Source: Trichodelitschia bisporula | Lineage: Eukaryota | Length of the DNA: 64,000 nucleotides | Assembly (NCBI GenBank): GCA_010356995.1 | Contig: ML996705.1 | Span: forward strand, 124,001 to 188,000 | Direction of reading: 5' to 3' | The notes under the pieces: generated by a model | What the model was told of the DNA's origin: nothing | What the model saw: the letters and a program-made list of their open reading frames with translations, nothing else | Databases searched by the model: none | Shown: positions 36,603 through 48,305 of the stretch, one piece after another | Position numbering within the stretch: the first letter of the stretch is position 1 | Layout: every line of letters begins with the position of its first letter | Program-made: the position numbers and the translations under genes

Positions 36603-37249
36603 CTCTGCCCTCAACACCTCAGCATAAACTCAGCATCGACTTTCCCCAGGCACGGCTCTAAGCGCCCACCCCCTGGCCCCACCAATCAAGTCCGCCATAC
36701 ACTCGCCTCACAACCTCAAGGCGCCCAAACAGTGCGCAAATCACGCAAAATGTCCCGATCGTGGGCGCTAAGCCCTGCATTTGCTTGTGGTGCCTTGGGT
36801 GGGTTCGAGGCTCGTTGCCGCCGACAGGTACGGCTGGGGCGCGGGTTATGCGCCATGCGATGGCGTGGTTGGTGTGAGGACGGGACCTGCGCGGCGCGTG
36901 GATGAGGGGATGGGGGTATACACCTCGAGGGGCCCCCGCGGGGATGAGAAGGGTTTTTGTTGTTGCGTTTTTCATGGCGACGATGACCCTTGATGATTGA
37001 GGGTTGATTCTGGAGACAACGCTGATTACGACACGACACCGCGACGGCAATAAGAGCTGGGGATATCGGTCGCGGTATCGACGCGCGATATCGACATCTT
37101 TCGGACCTCGAGTCCGCACGGTCTCACGACACCGAGCACAGCAGCAACCGGGCAGTCGATGCGTTCATAGTTCTCCCGGTACGTCTTCACTCCCCGGACT
37201 CAACCTATATACCTAACACCCACAGCTCCCCACCCACCGGGCAAGCACC

Positions 37250-39214
37250 ATGGCCCCAATAACCCCCCTCTCCAACACTCCCCAACCCTCTCCCTCCCCC
37301 TCCTCCTCACCCCCATCTCGCCCTCTATCCCCCCCGCAAATCGCCGCCCTCACAATCGGCAGCATAGCCTTCATCATCCTTGCCGGCGGCCTCATCACCC
37401 TCGCCTACACACTGCGCAGGAACCGCCGCCTCCAACGGCAACGCGAAATCGAAGATACGGGACTGCTCTTCTGGCCACCCCCCAAGAGTCCGGGGAAACG
37501 CGCTGCGCCCGTTGGGGTGGTCGAAGGACGAGAATCCCGCGCCAGCAGGGCAAGTCGAGCGAGCAGAGCGAGTCGGGCGAGTAGGGCGAGTCGAGGGTCC
37601 CGGGGTTCGGTTGCCTCACGCCTATCCGTCGCCCTCGGCTTCAAGGAGCCGGCAAGCTCGCCGCCTCTGCCCCGAACATCGATCGGAGGCCGCAACGCCG
37701 GCGTGCCACTCGGCCCGCTAAGCCCACCGCTACGCTCACCACCTCCGAACACCTCACATGTCCCGCTGAGCCCGCTGCGATCGCCGCCCCCGACCCACCC
37801 CCCGATTTCCTCTCTAAACCCGCCCACGGCTCCCGCACCCGCATACTCCCCACAACTGCCCCCGGCGCCTTACAACGCGACAGGCGCGTACGTCATGCCC
37901 GGCGTTCTCCCCCCCACCCCCCTCCCGCCCGGCCCGGCTCCCGCCCCGGCTGGTCATGGTGCGGCGCTGCCCTGGCCGAGGTATTACCCCGTGCAGCCTG
38001 AGTTACAGGCTACTATTCATCCGGCGCTGAGGGCGATTCCGGACCCTGGGCCAAGGAAGCAACAGCATCAGCTGCAGAATAAGCAACAACATGTCCAGAA
38101 ACAGCAGGCTCTGCATCAGCTAGCGCAGAATCAGCTGCAGGCTCAGCAGCATCCCCAGGCTCAACATCAGCAGCATGCTCAATATCATCCCCAGTCGCCA
38201 CACCACCTCCAAGCCACCCCCCACCCGCCCTTCATCCCCTCCCGCTCGCCCATCCCTCCTCCCCCTCCAACACCACCCCCTGCCTTCGCCCCACCCACCA
38301 TCCCCATCGGTGTAGCCCGCACAACCGACCACCGCGCCCCCGTACCCGTCCCGCGGTCCGACCCGGCCATCGGCAGCCGCGTCCTCAACAAGCACCAACG
38401 CACCCACGCCCCCCCGTCATACGCATCTCTCGGCCGCAGCGCAAGCACGGCGTCCCTGCCCGTGTTTGGGGGCGGGTACGTCCCGAGCGCGAACGTGTCC
38501 ACGTCCAGCCTCCCCCTGACAACCGTCCCGCCACCCCCGCCCCGTATCGTCCCCGCGCCCGCGAAGAATTGGCGCCGGAGTCGCGTTCCGAGTTTGTCGA
38601 TCCAGATTCCGGGGAAGAGGGGGGCAAGAAAAGTTGGCGGGCTGGCGGGAGAGCCCCAGGCACCGCAGCCTCCTCAGCAACCTCAACCTCATCCCCAACA
38701 TCCTCCACAGCAACAACAACAACCACAACCCAGGCACCCCTCCCGCCAGCCCTCCCAGCACCACGCCGCGCCGCACCCACCCCACCACCGCCCCGCGCAT
38801 ACCCTCTCCCACCCCCGCCCTCACTCCCCCACCTCCTCCCGCGCCAGCTTCACCTCCTTCGAAAGCACCAGCTCCAGCAGCAGCGTGGGGTCCGACGACG
38901 AGGCGGGTCCGGCCAGCGGTACGCCAGCTAGTAGCACAGGTGCCACGCCGCCGACGCCCGGCGGAAGGATGCCAGCTGCGCCCGTGGCGCCGGCGCCGGC
39001 GCGGATGATGTCCCGGCGCAAAGCGCTGAGCCCGGTGATCGAGGCGAGCCCCGTGAGTGCGTTGACGGCCTCGAGTCCGATTTCGGGGCTGCGGTATCCG
39101 CGCGTGCCGAGGAGTAGTGCACAGGCGGTGGCGAGGAGTCCGAAGATTGGGGGTGGTGGGGGGGTGCTGACGCCGACGGTTTGGGGGGGGGAATTGGTGC
39201 TTAGGGTTGAGTAG
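37250..39214 (+). CDS. Single-pass membrane protein with a long Pro/Gln-rich low-complexity tail
   Basis: 654-aa ORF. N-terminal TM helix (IAALTIGSIAFIILAGGLITLAYTL) followed by RRNRR, then (ASR)n, poly-Pro and Gln-rich tracts. Confidence 0.65.
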   Translation: MAPITPLSNTPQPSPSPSSSPPSRPLSPPQIAALTIGSIAFIILAGGLITLAYTLRRNRRLQRQREIEDTGLLFWPPPKSPGKRAAPVGVVEGRESRASRASRASRASRASRASRGSRGSVASRLSVALGFKEPASSPPLPRTSIGGRNAGVPLGPLSPPLRSPPPNTSHVPLSPLRSPPPTHPPISSLNPPTAPAPAYSPQLPPAPYNATGAYVMPGVLPPTPLPPGPAPAPAGHGAALPWPRYYPVQPELQATIHPALRAIPDPGPRKQQHQLQNKQQHVQKQQALHQLAQNQLQAQQHPQAQHQQHAQYHPQSPHHLQATPHPPFIPSRSPIPPPPPTPPPAFAPPTIPIGVARTTDHRAPVPVPRSDPAIGSRVLNKHQRTHAPPSYASLGRSASTASLPVFGGGYVPSANVSTSSLPLTTVPPPPPRIVPAPAKNWRRSRVPSLSIQIPGKRGARKVGGLAGEPQAPQPPQQPQPHPQHPPQQQQQPQPRHPSRQPSQHHAAPHPPHHRPAHTLSHPRPHSPTSSRASFTSFESTSSSSSVGSDDEAGPASGTPASSTGATPPTPGGRMPAAPVAPAPARMMSRRKALSPVIEASPVSALTASSPISGLRYPRVPRSSAQAVARSPKIGGGGGVLTPTVWGGELVLRVE

Positions 39215-39364
39215 GATTGTATTATATTGAAGATTGTATGATTGTATGAGTATGTTTTGGCTGGGAGGGTAGATTGGTGTTTTGGATGTGGCGTTTTGGA
39301 GGATTGGGTTGCATTTTGAAGTGACCGGGTGCGGTGGTGTACTGAGTGCAATGTCAGCGGTTCT

Positions 39365-39491
39365 TTTGTGTTGTTACCCAGGCCTGTGTTGTTACCCAGG
39401 CCTGTGCTGTTACCCGGATCTGTGCTTTTACCCGGGTCTGTGCTTTTACCCGAGTCTGTGCTGTTACCCGGGCCTGTACTGTTACCCGGAT
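39365..39491. repeat. Seven 18-bp tandem repeats (CTGTGYTKTTACCCGGRY-like)
   Basis: Directly visible in the sequence; the minus strand would read as (PGNSTD)-like hexapeptides. Confidence 0.85.
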
Positions 39492-39884
39492 CCATTGCCT
39501 TACCTCCGTCATGACTTTCATCTTCTCAGATGCTGCGCGAACCGCCCCAGTATCGGTGGAAACCCGTTCACAGAACCCGCACATGAGCAACCCACATCGC
39601 GATGGCGTACAGCAAGCAGTTCACTCAGGAACAGGTGTGACCGCATCGCAAATACCACACAATCGATCCCCGGAAGCTCACTTTTCACTCCGTGACCATC
39701 ACACTCCACTTCCCACCGCACTCACAGGCACTCACTTTTCTCTCTGTAACCATCACACTCCACTTCCCACCGCACTCACGGGCGCTCACGCGAATCATAT
39801 AATGTCCCACATCTGCGGTAGATAAGAAACGATGGCCTCGCAAGAATCCTTTCCTCCCCGTACACCTTCCCCTCGAACGCAAAG

Positions 39885-40258
39885 ATGGGAGCAAACGCCC
39901 CGGTCCAGTATTTGGAAAAAAAAAGATGGTGGACCTCCGGGGCGCCGCCATCCTGATCGAGATGAGGCTTTCTGAGCGCCGGCGCACCAGGTCCACGAGG
40001 CCTCTGGCTGGATTGTCGATGGCGGAAGTGAGAGCGATGGCGATTGAGGAGGGCAAGTTTGCCGCGGAGCTCGAGATGGAAATTGCGCTGCTGCGAGAGG
40101 CGATTGGGGAGCTTGAGCGGCAGATTGATGAGCGCTTGGTTAGCGGGTTGGAGGGGTTGAGGTTGAGTCCTGAGCAAGATGCCAGGGTGGCGGCGGCGAA
40201 GGATGACCTGGCGGAGGTTAGTGAGAAGTTCGGGAGCTTGAGTGTGAGGGATAAGTGA
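39885..40258 (+). pseudogene. Small coiled-coil family, copy 1 (frameshift in an A9 run, or a sequencing error)
   Basis: ATG 39885 gives MGANAPVQYLEKK; the frame then shifts to MVDLRG..KFAAELEMEIALLREAI..LEGLRLSPEQDARVAAAKDDLAEV, which aligns end to end with 40838-41260. Confidence 0.65.
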
Positions 40259-40837
40259 GAGCTTGTTTCTGGCGTTAGATCGAATTTAAATCATGGATTT
40301 TTTCGAGTATTTTGGAAGAGTGTGAATGCAGTGATCTTAGTGATGTGCGGAGTGTTCAATCGGCCTACCGGGTAAAAATGCCTGGCCCTCATCGGGCCGT
40401 TCGCTGATCGGCCTAGTAAGTGTACGGGCACTAGTCTTATCCCTATAGGCCTCAAGATGGCGATGCCGCTGGGAATCCGAAAGCGCTACCTATAGTAATA
40501 CGTTAGGGTGGTGATAGAGGGCGGCTGAAGCTCGTCAAGCAAAACCCTGGTATGGAGCCCGGCTGCGCTTTACGGCTAAGGGGAGGTCTACCTAGAGGGA
40601 CGATCCGATTACGCCAGGGTGCCTGTACGGCGGCCCAGGTGCGTTCGTCGCCTCCGTCCGGACAGTTTCAGTCCGTTTGGTACCCTGCTCACTTTCCTCT
40701 CCACCATCCCCATATCCCCTTTCCACTGCACTCAGAAACGCTCACTCTCATTACAAGGTTTTCCGCATCTGCGGCATACAAGACGCAATAGCCTCTCAGC
40801 AAGTTGTCTTCTAGAACCTTTGCACTGAACTGCCAAG

Positions 40838-41260
40838 ATGGGAGCTAACGCATCCATCGAGACTCTCGAGGAGAAGCTTGCCGAAATCCGTGGCGAGGTC
40901 ATCCTTCTCGGGGTGAAAACGTCCGAGCGCTCATCCGTCGAGGAAATAGAAGTGTTGATTACTGAGGTCAAAGCGAGGGTGGACAAGGACGCCAAATTCG
41001 AGGCGGAGCTCGACTGGGAAATCAGGTTACTCTGCGCGATCATTAATATTCTCGAGCAGAAGATCGAAGAGCAGCGTCTGGCGCAGCAGCTTGAGGGTAT
41101 GCGCTTGAGCCCTGAGCAGGAGAAGCGGGTAGCGGCAGCTAAGGATGAGATTGCGGAGGTGAATGATAAATTGGCTTCGCTGAAGGTCCGGGATTCGGGT
41201 CGTCCGGAAGGCGATGGCTCGGGGCGCCAGGAAGGCGATGGCTCGGGGCGCGCCGGCTGA
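40838..41260 (+). CDS. Small coiled-coil family, copy 2 (140 aa, MGANAS start)
   Basis: Heptad-patterned E/K/L-rich ORF; clear paralog of copy 1 with shared upstream and downstream flanks. Confidence 0.7.
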   Translation: MGANASIETLEEKLAEIRGEVILLGVKTSERSSVEEIEVLITEVKARVDKDAKFEAELDWEIRLLCAIINILEQKIEEQRLAQQLEGMRLSPEQEKRVAAAKDEIAEVNDKLASLKVRDSGRPEGDGSGRQEGDGSGRAG

Positions 41261-42234
41261 TATGCAGGTCCGATGGGATCAAACGGATGCGACGAGTGAG
41301 AGGCAGCTTTAGATCGAATGTAAATCATGGATTTGGAATATTTGAAAGGGTGCGAATGCAGTGACCATGGTGATGTGTAGAGTGTTCAATCGGCAGCCGG
41401 ATAGTCCAAATACCCGGTTCTCATCGGACCGTCTGCTAGTCGGCTGGTAAGTGGGCGGACTTCCTCCGACTGTTTAAGTAAACGTGTTGAGAGCTAAACT
41501 TTAGCACCAGTTCGGGACCTGGGGCTTATCGGTCTCCTATTGACCATGTCATCCCATCGTCCCTGTCGTCCCATCGTTCTCGTTGCACCGTGGATGTAGA
41601 TGGATGGAGCATTGTTGTTCCAGGAAGGAGCATATTAAGGGACATGATGTAATCAGCACATGACAGAAGGAAGGGAGCAAAAGAGGATACTCGGCATTGT
41701 TTATTTACTCTCAAGAGTCTCTGACTCTCTTCTCCTCTCTGTGTTTACTTCAATCTTCGGTTTGCCTACTTGCCGTCGCATTCCTTAGAGCATTCACTTC
41801 CATCAGTTGTCTTGTCGTCGCGTCGTCCTATCCTTCCAATCGTTCCATCATTCCTATCGTCCTCAAGCTTGGCAATGCCACTGTACGCCAAAACTGCTAC
41901 GTATGGTGGTGTAATGGCGTGAATGGAGACAGTTGAAGCTCATTGACCAAGATCTTCTCCAGAGCCCGTTGGCTCCGCTCAGTCGGATTTGATTTCATTG
42001 GGCACACTGCTCACTTTCCTCCCCGCCATCTTCATATCCTCATTTTACCGCACCCACAAGGGCTCACCGCTTGATTACTTTCGCGCCGTACTCGCAAGTA
42101 CCCATACCCGAAATCACATTTTCCACGCATCTGACATATAAGGCAGGTAACACCCCCGCATTGGGCTTCCATCATCACCTCTCTTCCAAACGCCACGATG
42201 GAATCCATCCTCACCTTTTTTTCGGAGCGCCGCA

Positions 42235-42744
42235 ATGGAAGCCAACGATTATGCCGGGAGCATTGAGAGCCTCGATAAAGCCGTTGAGAATCTCAAGAGT
42301 TTCCTGGCCAAAATCCGGCCCCAAGTTGTTCGCAAGGAGAAGTTTATGAACAGCATTACAGCCGTCTCTGCGAAGAACCTACCGTGGACCGTGGGTCAGT
42401 TGCGGATTATGGCGCAACACATGACGCTCAGGAGACTCAAATCCGAAATGGCCGACTCATTGAAGACCACGCGCGTGCTCCTTTGGGTCTACGAGGATGA
42501 GCTGGTCGATAACATCGCCCTCAAAAACATAGAAACGGCCGAGGCAGCGAGGTGTAGAGCGGCCGTTAGCGAGCAGGAACAACTCTGGGAGAAATTATTG
42601 GACCTTCCCTGTCCCAACTCTGATGGCTCAGGCGTCGATGGCTCTTTGCGCGCCAGCCGGACTTGTCCTTACGGTCTTAAGGACTCAACAGTGGCTAGGA
42701 GGCCTGGTGACAAGAGAGAGTTAGGTTTGAATCGAATTGAATGA
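42235..42744 (+). CDS. Small coiled-coil family, copy 3 (divergent, 169 aa)
   Basis: MEANDYAGSIESLDKAVENL..., predicted helical. Shares the upstream CTCACTTTCCTC..CCATC block and the downstream AAATCATGGAT..GAATGCAGTGAC block. Confidence 0.55.
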   Translation: MEANDYAGSIESLDKAVENLKSFLAKIRPQVVRKEKFMNSITAVSAKNLPWTVGQLRIMAQHMTLRRLKSEMADSLKTTRVLLWVYEDELVDNIALKNIETAEAARCRAAVSEQEQLWEKLLDLPCPNSDGSGVDGSLRASRTCPYGLKDSTVARRPGDKRELGLNRIE

Positions 42745-43621
42745 AATCATGGATCAGGAACATATTTGCGGCGTCAGAATGCAGTGACGTTGATGATGTG
42801 CAGGATTCAATCAGATCGCCGGGATCGCGTCGGGACGGCCCGCTATGGCCGGGTATACCCGTACGCCTGGGCCTCGTCAGACCGTCCCCTAATTGGCCCA
42901 AGTATGAGGTGGAAGGAAAAGGCGTCACATACAGAGCTTAGAATAAATATCAGCTTGCAACAGCGCAAAGGAATTTAATAGACTTGTCAGCCGTGGTCTC
43001 AGCATCTAAGTGTATCTACAAACCGAGTTTTGCATTTATCTATCGCTCGTTGTTGTCGCATTGTCACCGTGTAGCTGGGGGTCTATTTTTGGAAGCGGCG
43101 CGCTCAAGGTTGTGCGCGACACTTCTTCCCATCGCGTGCCCTCCAGAGCCTACATTGAAAAGCAGCAGCATCAGCTATACCAAGATAAAATTTTGGCGAG
43201 CAGCCTGCTACATTGAATAAAGCCGGGAATCTTTGAGATCAAGTTAACTAGCCATGTTTTACGTTTGGTCCTGCCTGTTCACCTCCCACGGAGCTAAAAT
43301 AATACTCATAGGCAATGGGGGTTGGCATGACGCTTTCCATCGGCTCTTGGACGTGTTTGTACCATAGCCTTTCAGTTGGGCAACAATCACTCGGGCTGTC
43401 TGGACCGCGGTTCAGGTGCGTCATTGGAGATCCGTCCATACCGATGTAATCTGATTAGATACCCTACTCACTTTATTCGCCGCCATCCTCACACCTCCCA
43501 TCCCACCGCGATCACATGCGCTCAGTACCCCAATCACGCCATTTCTGCTTCCAAGGTATAAACGGCCGATGAACCCCTTAGAACCGATACCATCCACACG
43601 CCTGCTGCCATATTCACCACG

Positions 43622-43984
43622 ATGGGAGCCTGCAATTCCGTCGAAAGCCCCCAGAAGTCCATTGAGAACCTGGAAACCCGCATTGCCGAGCAGCGCGCGG
43701 AACTGGTTGCCTTCCAGATCGAGATGCTGGACATCTCGCGGGAAGCCGCTGCGGGTAAGCCCCCGACAGTGAAGATGGTTGAGGCCCGTAAATACATGGC
43801 GGACCTCAACTATAAGATATGGCAGGCGCGCATGTTCATCAAGTTGCGGAAGAAGCAGCTTGAGGGGCGCCTGCGCAATCGAGAGGGAGATGCGGTCGAG
43901 GCGGCTCAGCAGCATGCGAGGGTGATGGCGGCCAGCAACGAGATCAACGATCTCGAAGATATGCTGACCGGCCTGCGCATCTGA
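43622..43984 (+). CDS. Small coiled-coil family, copy 4 (120 aa, MGACNS start)
   Basis: SIENLETRIAEQRAELV matches SIETLEEKLAEIRGEVI, and RVMAASNEINDLEDMLTGLRI matches RVAAAKDEIAEVNDKLASLKV. Shared flanks. Confidence 0.65.
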   Translation: MGACNSVESPQKSIENLETRIAEQRAELVAFQIEMLDISREAAAGKPPTVKMVEARKYMADLNYKIWQARMFIKLRKKQLEGRLRNREGDAVEAAQQHARVMAASNEINDLEDMLTGLRI

Positions 43985-45037
43985 GATACTGCCCTCAGGA
44001 CCTAATAGAGATGGTAAGTAGGCGCTAATTTAGACGGAATAAGATTTCTGGGTTTGTAACCTTTTCAGAGGTGAGAACGCAGTGACGTTGGTGATATAAC
44101 TGTGCCCGAGGCTGGGATGCCGCAAGGCTGACTGCAGGGGTTCCCTGGTGTTGACGGATCCTCGCATGTTGTTGGAGTACGGAGTATATAAAAGCCTATT
44201 GGCTGAAGTCCCTGTAGAATTCATCTAGGAATATATACCTTGTCAGCTTGCTAAGACATCTAGACTGACGTCAGTGGTTTGGCTTGTTTCCATGGCACAC
44301 GGTTTCGTAGCTTGATTTTCCTCCACATGTGAGAATGCAGGGGTGCTGCGGGTAGATCCGCTGTGGCTGAGATCTGTGGATCTTTGTTGTCACGGGAATA
44401 AAGGGAATGTCTGATGTTCTTTGTCTTCACTGTTCTGCTTTCTCTGTGAGGCTGGTCTGTCCCATGTGCTCACCTAACACTGATCTAGTTGCCGCCCGCT
44501 AGCTAGCCGCGAAGGTCGACTCCCACTCAATAAAAGCTCCACCTTCAAATGTTCTCATGCATCTTATACCGGCTACCGTCAAGGCGTCTTGAAGCCATTT
44601 TCCAATGGCCATGATACCGACTGGGATTATCCAGGGCTATGGCGAAATGGTCGTCACCGTCATCGTCCGTACACACGTCCAGATATAGTGGCCAAATTTT
44701 TTTCAAGCGGCCTTTAATCATGAATCGAGGAAAGGAACAGCGGTGCTCGAACGAAGAGTGATCCCTAACGCTCACGATGTATACACAGCACCTCGCAAAT
44801 CTCCCTCCATGGCTCACGCCCCCCATCCGTCGCGTCTTCTGGACTTCTCAAACCACCTATACAGCTCACTACCCTCCATCCGTATCCCCTTTAAATGGCC
44901 CGCCCTCTCCCTCTTCCCAACCCACACACCTTCTCGGACCGCATCAAACCCCCATCGCAGTTCGGATCAACCACTCTTCCAAGAACGCAGAATCCGCAAC
45001 GTCCGCAATCTTGTCAGACTCCGCTTTCAATTCGGCC

Positions 45038-45400
45038 ATGGATGTTATCGATGAGCGCCTTCAAGGCCAGGCCCTCTTATGGGCCTCGCTTTGGGCCTTG
45101 AGACGGTCACTGGGCGACGTCCGCTCCGCCGATCTTGTATCTGCCTATGCTGCGACAATGCAGCTGAGGAACAACATCTTGGGGTGGAGGCGTTTAGCGA
45201 TGGTGGAGCAGGGAGAAGTTGACTGGAGGCTGAAAGATCCTGCCATCGTCGCTATGGAAAGGATGGAGAGAGATCAGCTGGTGGCGCTTGAGATGGAGAT
45301 TGTTATACTCCAGCTGGAGATTTGGGCTGCAACTAATAGTAGCCCGCCGGCTACGGAGAGTCACGGTTCTTCGGAGAGTTCTACCCCTAGTAGTACTTGA
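45038..45400 (+). CDS. Small helical ORF, possible distant member of the coiled-coil family
   Basis: MDVIDERLQ..LEMEIVILQLEI. Upstream GCTCACT..CCATCCGTATCCCCTTT resembles the family upstream block. Confidence 0.4.
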   Translation: MDVIDERLQGQALLWASLWALRRSLGDVRSADLVSAYAATMQLRNNILGWRRLAMVEQGEVDWRLKDPAIVAMERMERDQLVALEMEIVILQLEIWAATNSSPPATESHGSSESSTPSST

Positions 45401-46444
45401 GGCCGGAGCGTCCGCGCAGGCGTTTGACGGCGCCTCGGCGTACGATCACTGAGCCCGAGGGGCAGGGAGAGGCCGACGAAGCCTGTGGGGCTGATGATGA
45501 CGCCGTTGAGTCCGAAGAGGAAGAGGCTAAAGAGGATCCGTCGGAGGATATTACGCTAGTGATCCTGGGGGGGAGTGGCTCTGCTGTGGCTGTGGCTGGT
45601 GATCTTCGCCGGGCGAGTAATGCTGAGCGAGTTTAGAGGGTTATAAAAACGGTCATAGAAAGCAAAAAAAGAGTTCGGGTCACGATCAGAAAAATGTGAT
45701 GTGATGTGATACATGAACCAAATCTAGCAGGTGTTCAAGGCGGAGCATAGGGCGCGAGGCCGACAGCTCGGTCGGGAAGCGAAACGCAGCAAAGTAAACT
45801 GACAATGCCGTTTCCCATCTTCAGAATATCTCAATGTGTCTGCCACACCCGTGTACCACTGTTAAAAAACACTATACCGCTTTGTCCTCCAAGACTAGCT
45901 GGCTTTCCCCCTCGATATCACCTAGTGTATTCGATGTCCATGGGCATGCTTCATCTAATCAACGTAACGGCTTCGTGTTCTCGCCATGGCCGCCATTGCA
46001 AATCTCTTGGAAGGTAGCAGAATAATCACAAATTTTGAAATCCGAGTGTACCATTGTACCGATACAGTGGTCGACAAAGACCGCCACCCCAGTCTTACTA
46101 TTGGATTCACTGGTCTCTACAATGCTCACTTATAACTATCATGCGCCCCAGTCACTACCAGGCCCGCCTGTCACTCTTTCGACTACTTGTTGCTATCCCA
46201 CTCACTTCTTCTATCACTACTATGCTCACGTGTCACAGTCATGCCAACATATTACGACCATGCCCGCCGTTAGCTTCAGTCACAATCTCGTTCCATACAC
46301 CGTCCCATTATCGAATCACCATCGTCCACCTCAACCAGTACTCACATCAACAATATACATCGACCATCAGTAACAGCCTTTACGACTCTGTCGCCATCCC
46401 ACAACAATTACGATATTATACAAACAGCAATCCATTTCAACACA

Positions 46445-47473
46445 ATGTGCATTAAGCAAGAGCTCAACGGAGGAATTTCTCTGCTCGCTAATTGGTTCAG
46501 GGACAACGAGTTGGTGTGGGCAGCGGGGAGTTTGACACTTGACGGCGAAGGAAAGTGGCCCACCAGGAAGCCGAAGAATAAGGCGCCCACCTTCAAGCCA
46601 AAGAAAAAAGCGCCCACAAAGAAGACGAAGGAAATCGAACGTCCTCTGGTCACGAAGAAGCCTTCAGAGAAGGTGATATCGATCCGGGATGTCTCCCCTC
46701 CGCGCAGCATCGTTAAGAGACCGGGTAAGTACGTTGGAAGCCGGAAGGCGTGGAGGTGCGCAAGAACTCCTTCTCAAGTGCGCCTCTGCAATACTTGCGT
46801 CACAAACTCGGATCTTTTGAGGGCAATTGACCGCAGACTCACTAGGGCCCCTCAGTTGAAGCACCCAATGTTTGGGGCCTGGTATGAGCGGGTTCACTGG
46901 AGAGAGTTTTACAACCAGTGGTGTCCGCCCATGGAGTTAGACATACCCGGATTTGCGGATCTCGACGAGCATGGCTGCTTGCCCATGGAGGTGGACAGAC
47001 CTGAGTTTGCGGATCTCGACCAGTATGGTTGTCTGTGCATGGAGTTGGACAGACCTGGATATGCGGATCTCAACGAGTATGGCTGCCTGCCCATGGAGGT
47101 GGACCACCCGGTGCTTGCGAGCCTCGACGACTATGGCTGCGAGCCCATGGAGCTGTGGGAGGCTGCGCCGCTCGAGGGGTCTAGCTGCACACCCGTGGAG
47201 TCGGCTGCGTACAAAGCTGCATCCGCGAAACTAGACAGGATGGCACCCACGAAAAGAGTCAGGTTTGCAGACATGATACGGACCGAGGTTATATCCACGA
47301 CGGAGCCCGTGGCTGCACCCCCGATGGAGCCCGTGGTTGCACTCACTATGGAGCCCATGGTTGCACCCACGATGCCTACGTGGGGGGCCGTCGATGCCTA
47401 CGTGGGGGCCCGTCGATGCCCTTATGACAGATTCGGACTGGGATATATAACTGGACAGCCCATAATCTGCTGA
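46445..47473 (+). CDS. Orphan protein with 18-aa GCLPMEVD tandem repeats
   Basis: 342-aa ORF with a Lys-rich N-terminal part, 4-5 repeats of (P)xFADLDEyGCLPME(V/L)D, a KRVRF motif and three 8-aa EPxxAxxM repeats. Confidence 0.55.
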   Translation: MCIKQELNGGISLLANWFRDNELVWAAGSLTLDGEGKWPTRKPKNKAPTFKPKKKAPTKKTKEIERPLVTKKPSEKVISIRDVSPPRSIVKRPGKYVGSRKAWRCARTPSQVRLCNTCVTNSDLLRAIDRRLTRAPQLKHPMFGAWYERVHWREFYNQWCPPMELDIPGFADLDEHGCLPMEVDRPEFADLDQYGCLCMELDRPGYADLNEYGCLPMEVDHPVLASLDDYGCEPMELWEAAPLEGSSCTPVESAAYKAASAKLDRMAPTKRVRFADMIRTEVISTTEPVAAPPMEPVVALTMEPMVAPTMPTWGAVDAYVGARRCPYDRFGLGYITGQPIIC

Positions 47474-48305
47474 CCGGATTAACAGGAATTCAATTAACAC
47501 CCGGCAGTTTTGCATTCTCCCGGATCAGCCGTGCAATGTGATGTGATGAAAGTGACCATAGCCCAGCACGGATGGACAGCTGTGAGAACGGAAAGGACAT
47601 GCTATGAGGAAGTGGTACTGTTCATTCCTGCCGCACAGAGGTTGAGTCCATCGGCGATCCAGGAGATGTATTCGAATGCAATAATGGCCAGATGCTACGT
47701 ACAGTCAGCGCAGAGTGTCCAAAGTCGCCACTGACGCGTATGATGCTAGTTTCAACGTGCTGCATGCTCAGTTAACCGACTTCATAGATGCAGCTAGAAC
47801 TTCTTTAAGATTCGGTGTCAACAGTTGGTCTAATCTTATTTGACGTTAGAATAGGCTTTGCTCGGTGGCTGTACTGCAGGTGCCGGTGCATATGCACTCA
47901 ACAAGCATGCGGTACGGAGGCCACAAAGTCAGTCCAGCACTCCCCTTGCAGATCTGAGCCACGTGCGCCGGCTCGGTCCGAAGTGTGGGGCGTGTTGCAC
48001 GGTACAAAGGCGACGAGTGGTCGAGGCTTTGAGTTGTGAAATAAAGGAGTAAAGGTGTGAAACCTGGTCAGCAGAAGTTAACAAAGGTGTGAAGTCTAGT
48101 CAGCAAAAGGTAATAAAGCTGTGGCAATGACAGCATAGTAGTGAACTCCAACAGACACAAAGTGACAACAGGAATCACCCTCCGTCACAATGACGATGAG
48201 TAAATAAACTGGAATCCTCCCATCTCAACTCATTTTACGTCTTATCGCCGCCTGGCTTCTAGTTGAACCATTAACTTTTCGCAGAATTCTCAGACCTCAC
48301 CTACC

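Noticed and set aside
38821..39495. Minus-strand ORF with PGNSTD repeats
   Set aside because: Openness is explained by an 18-bp minisatellite and antisense overlap with the GC-rich 37250-39214 gene.
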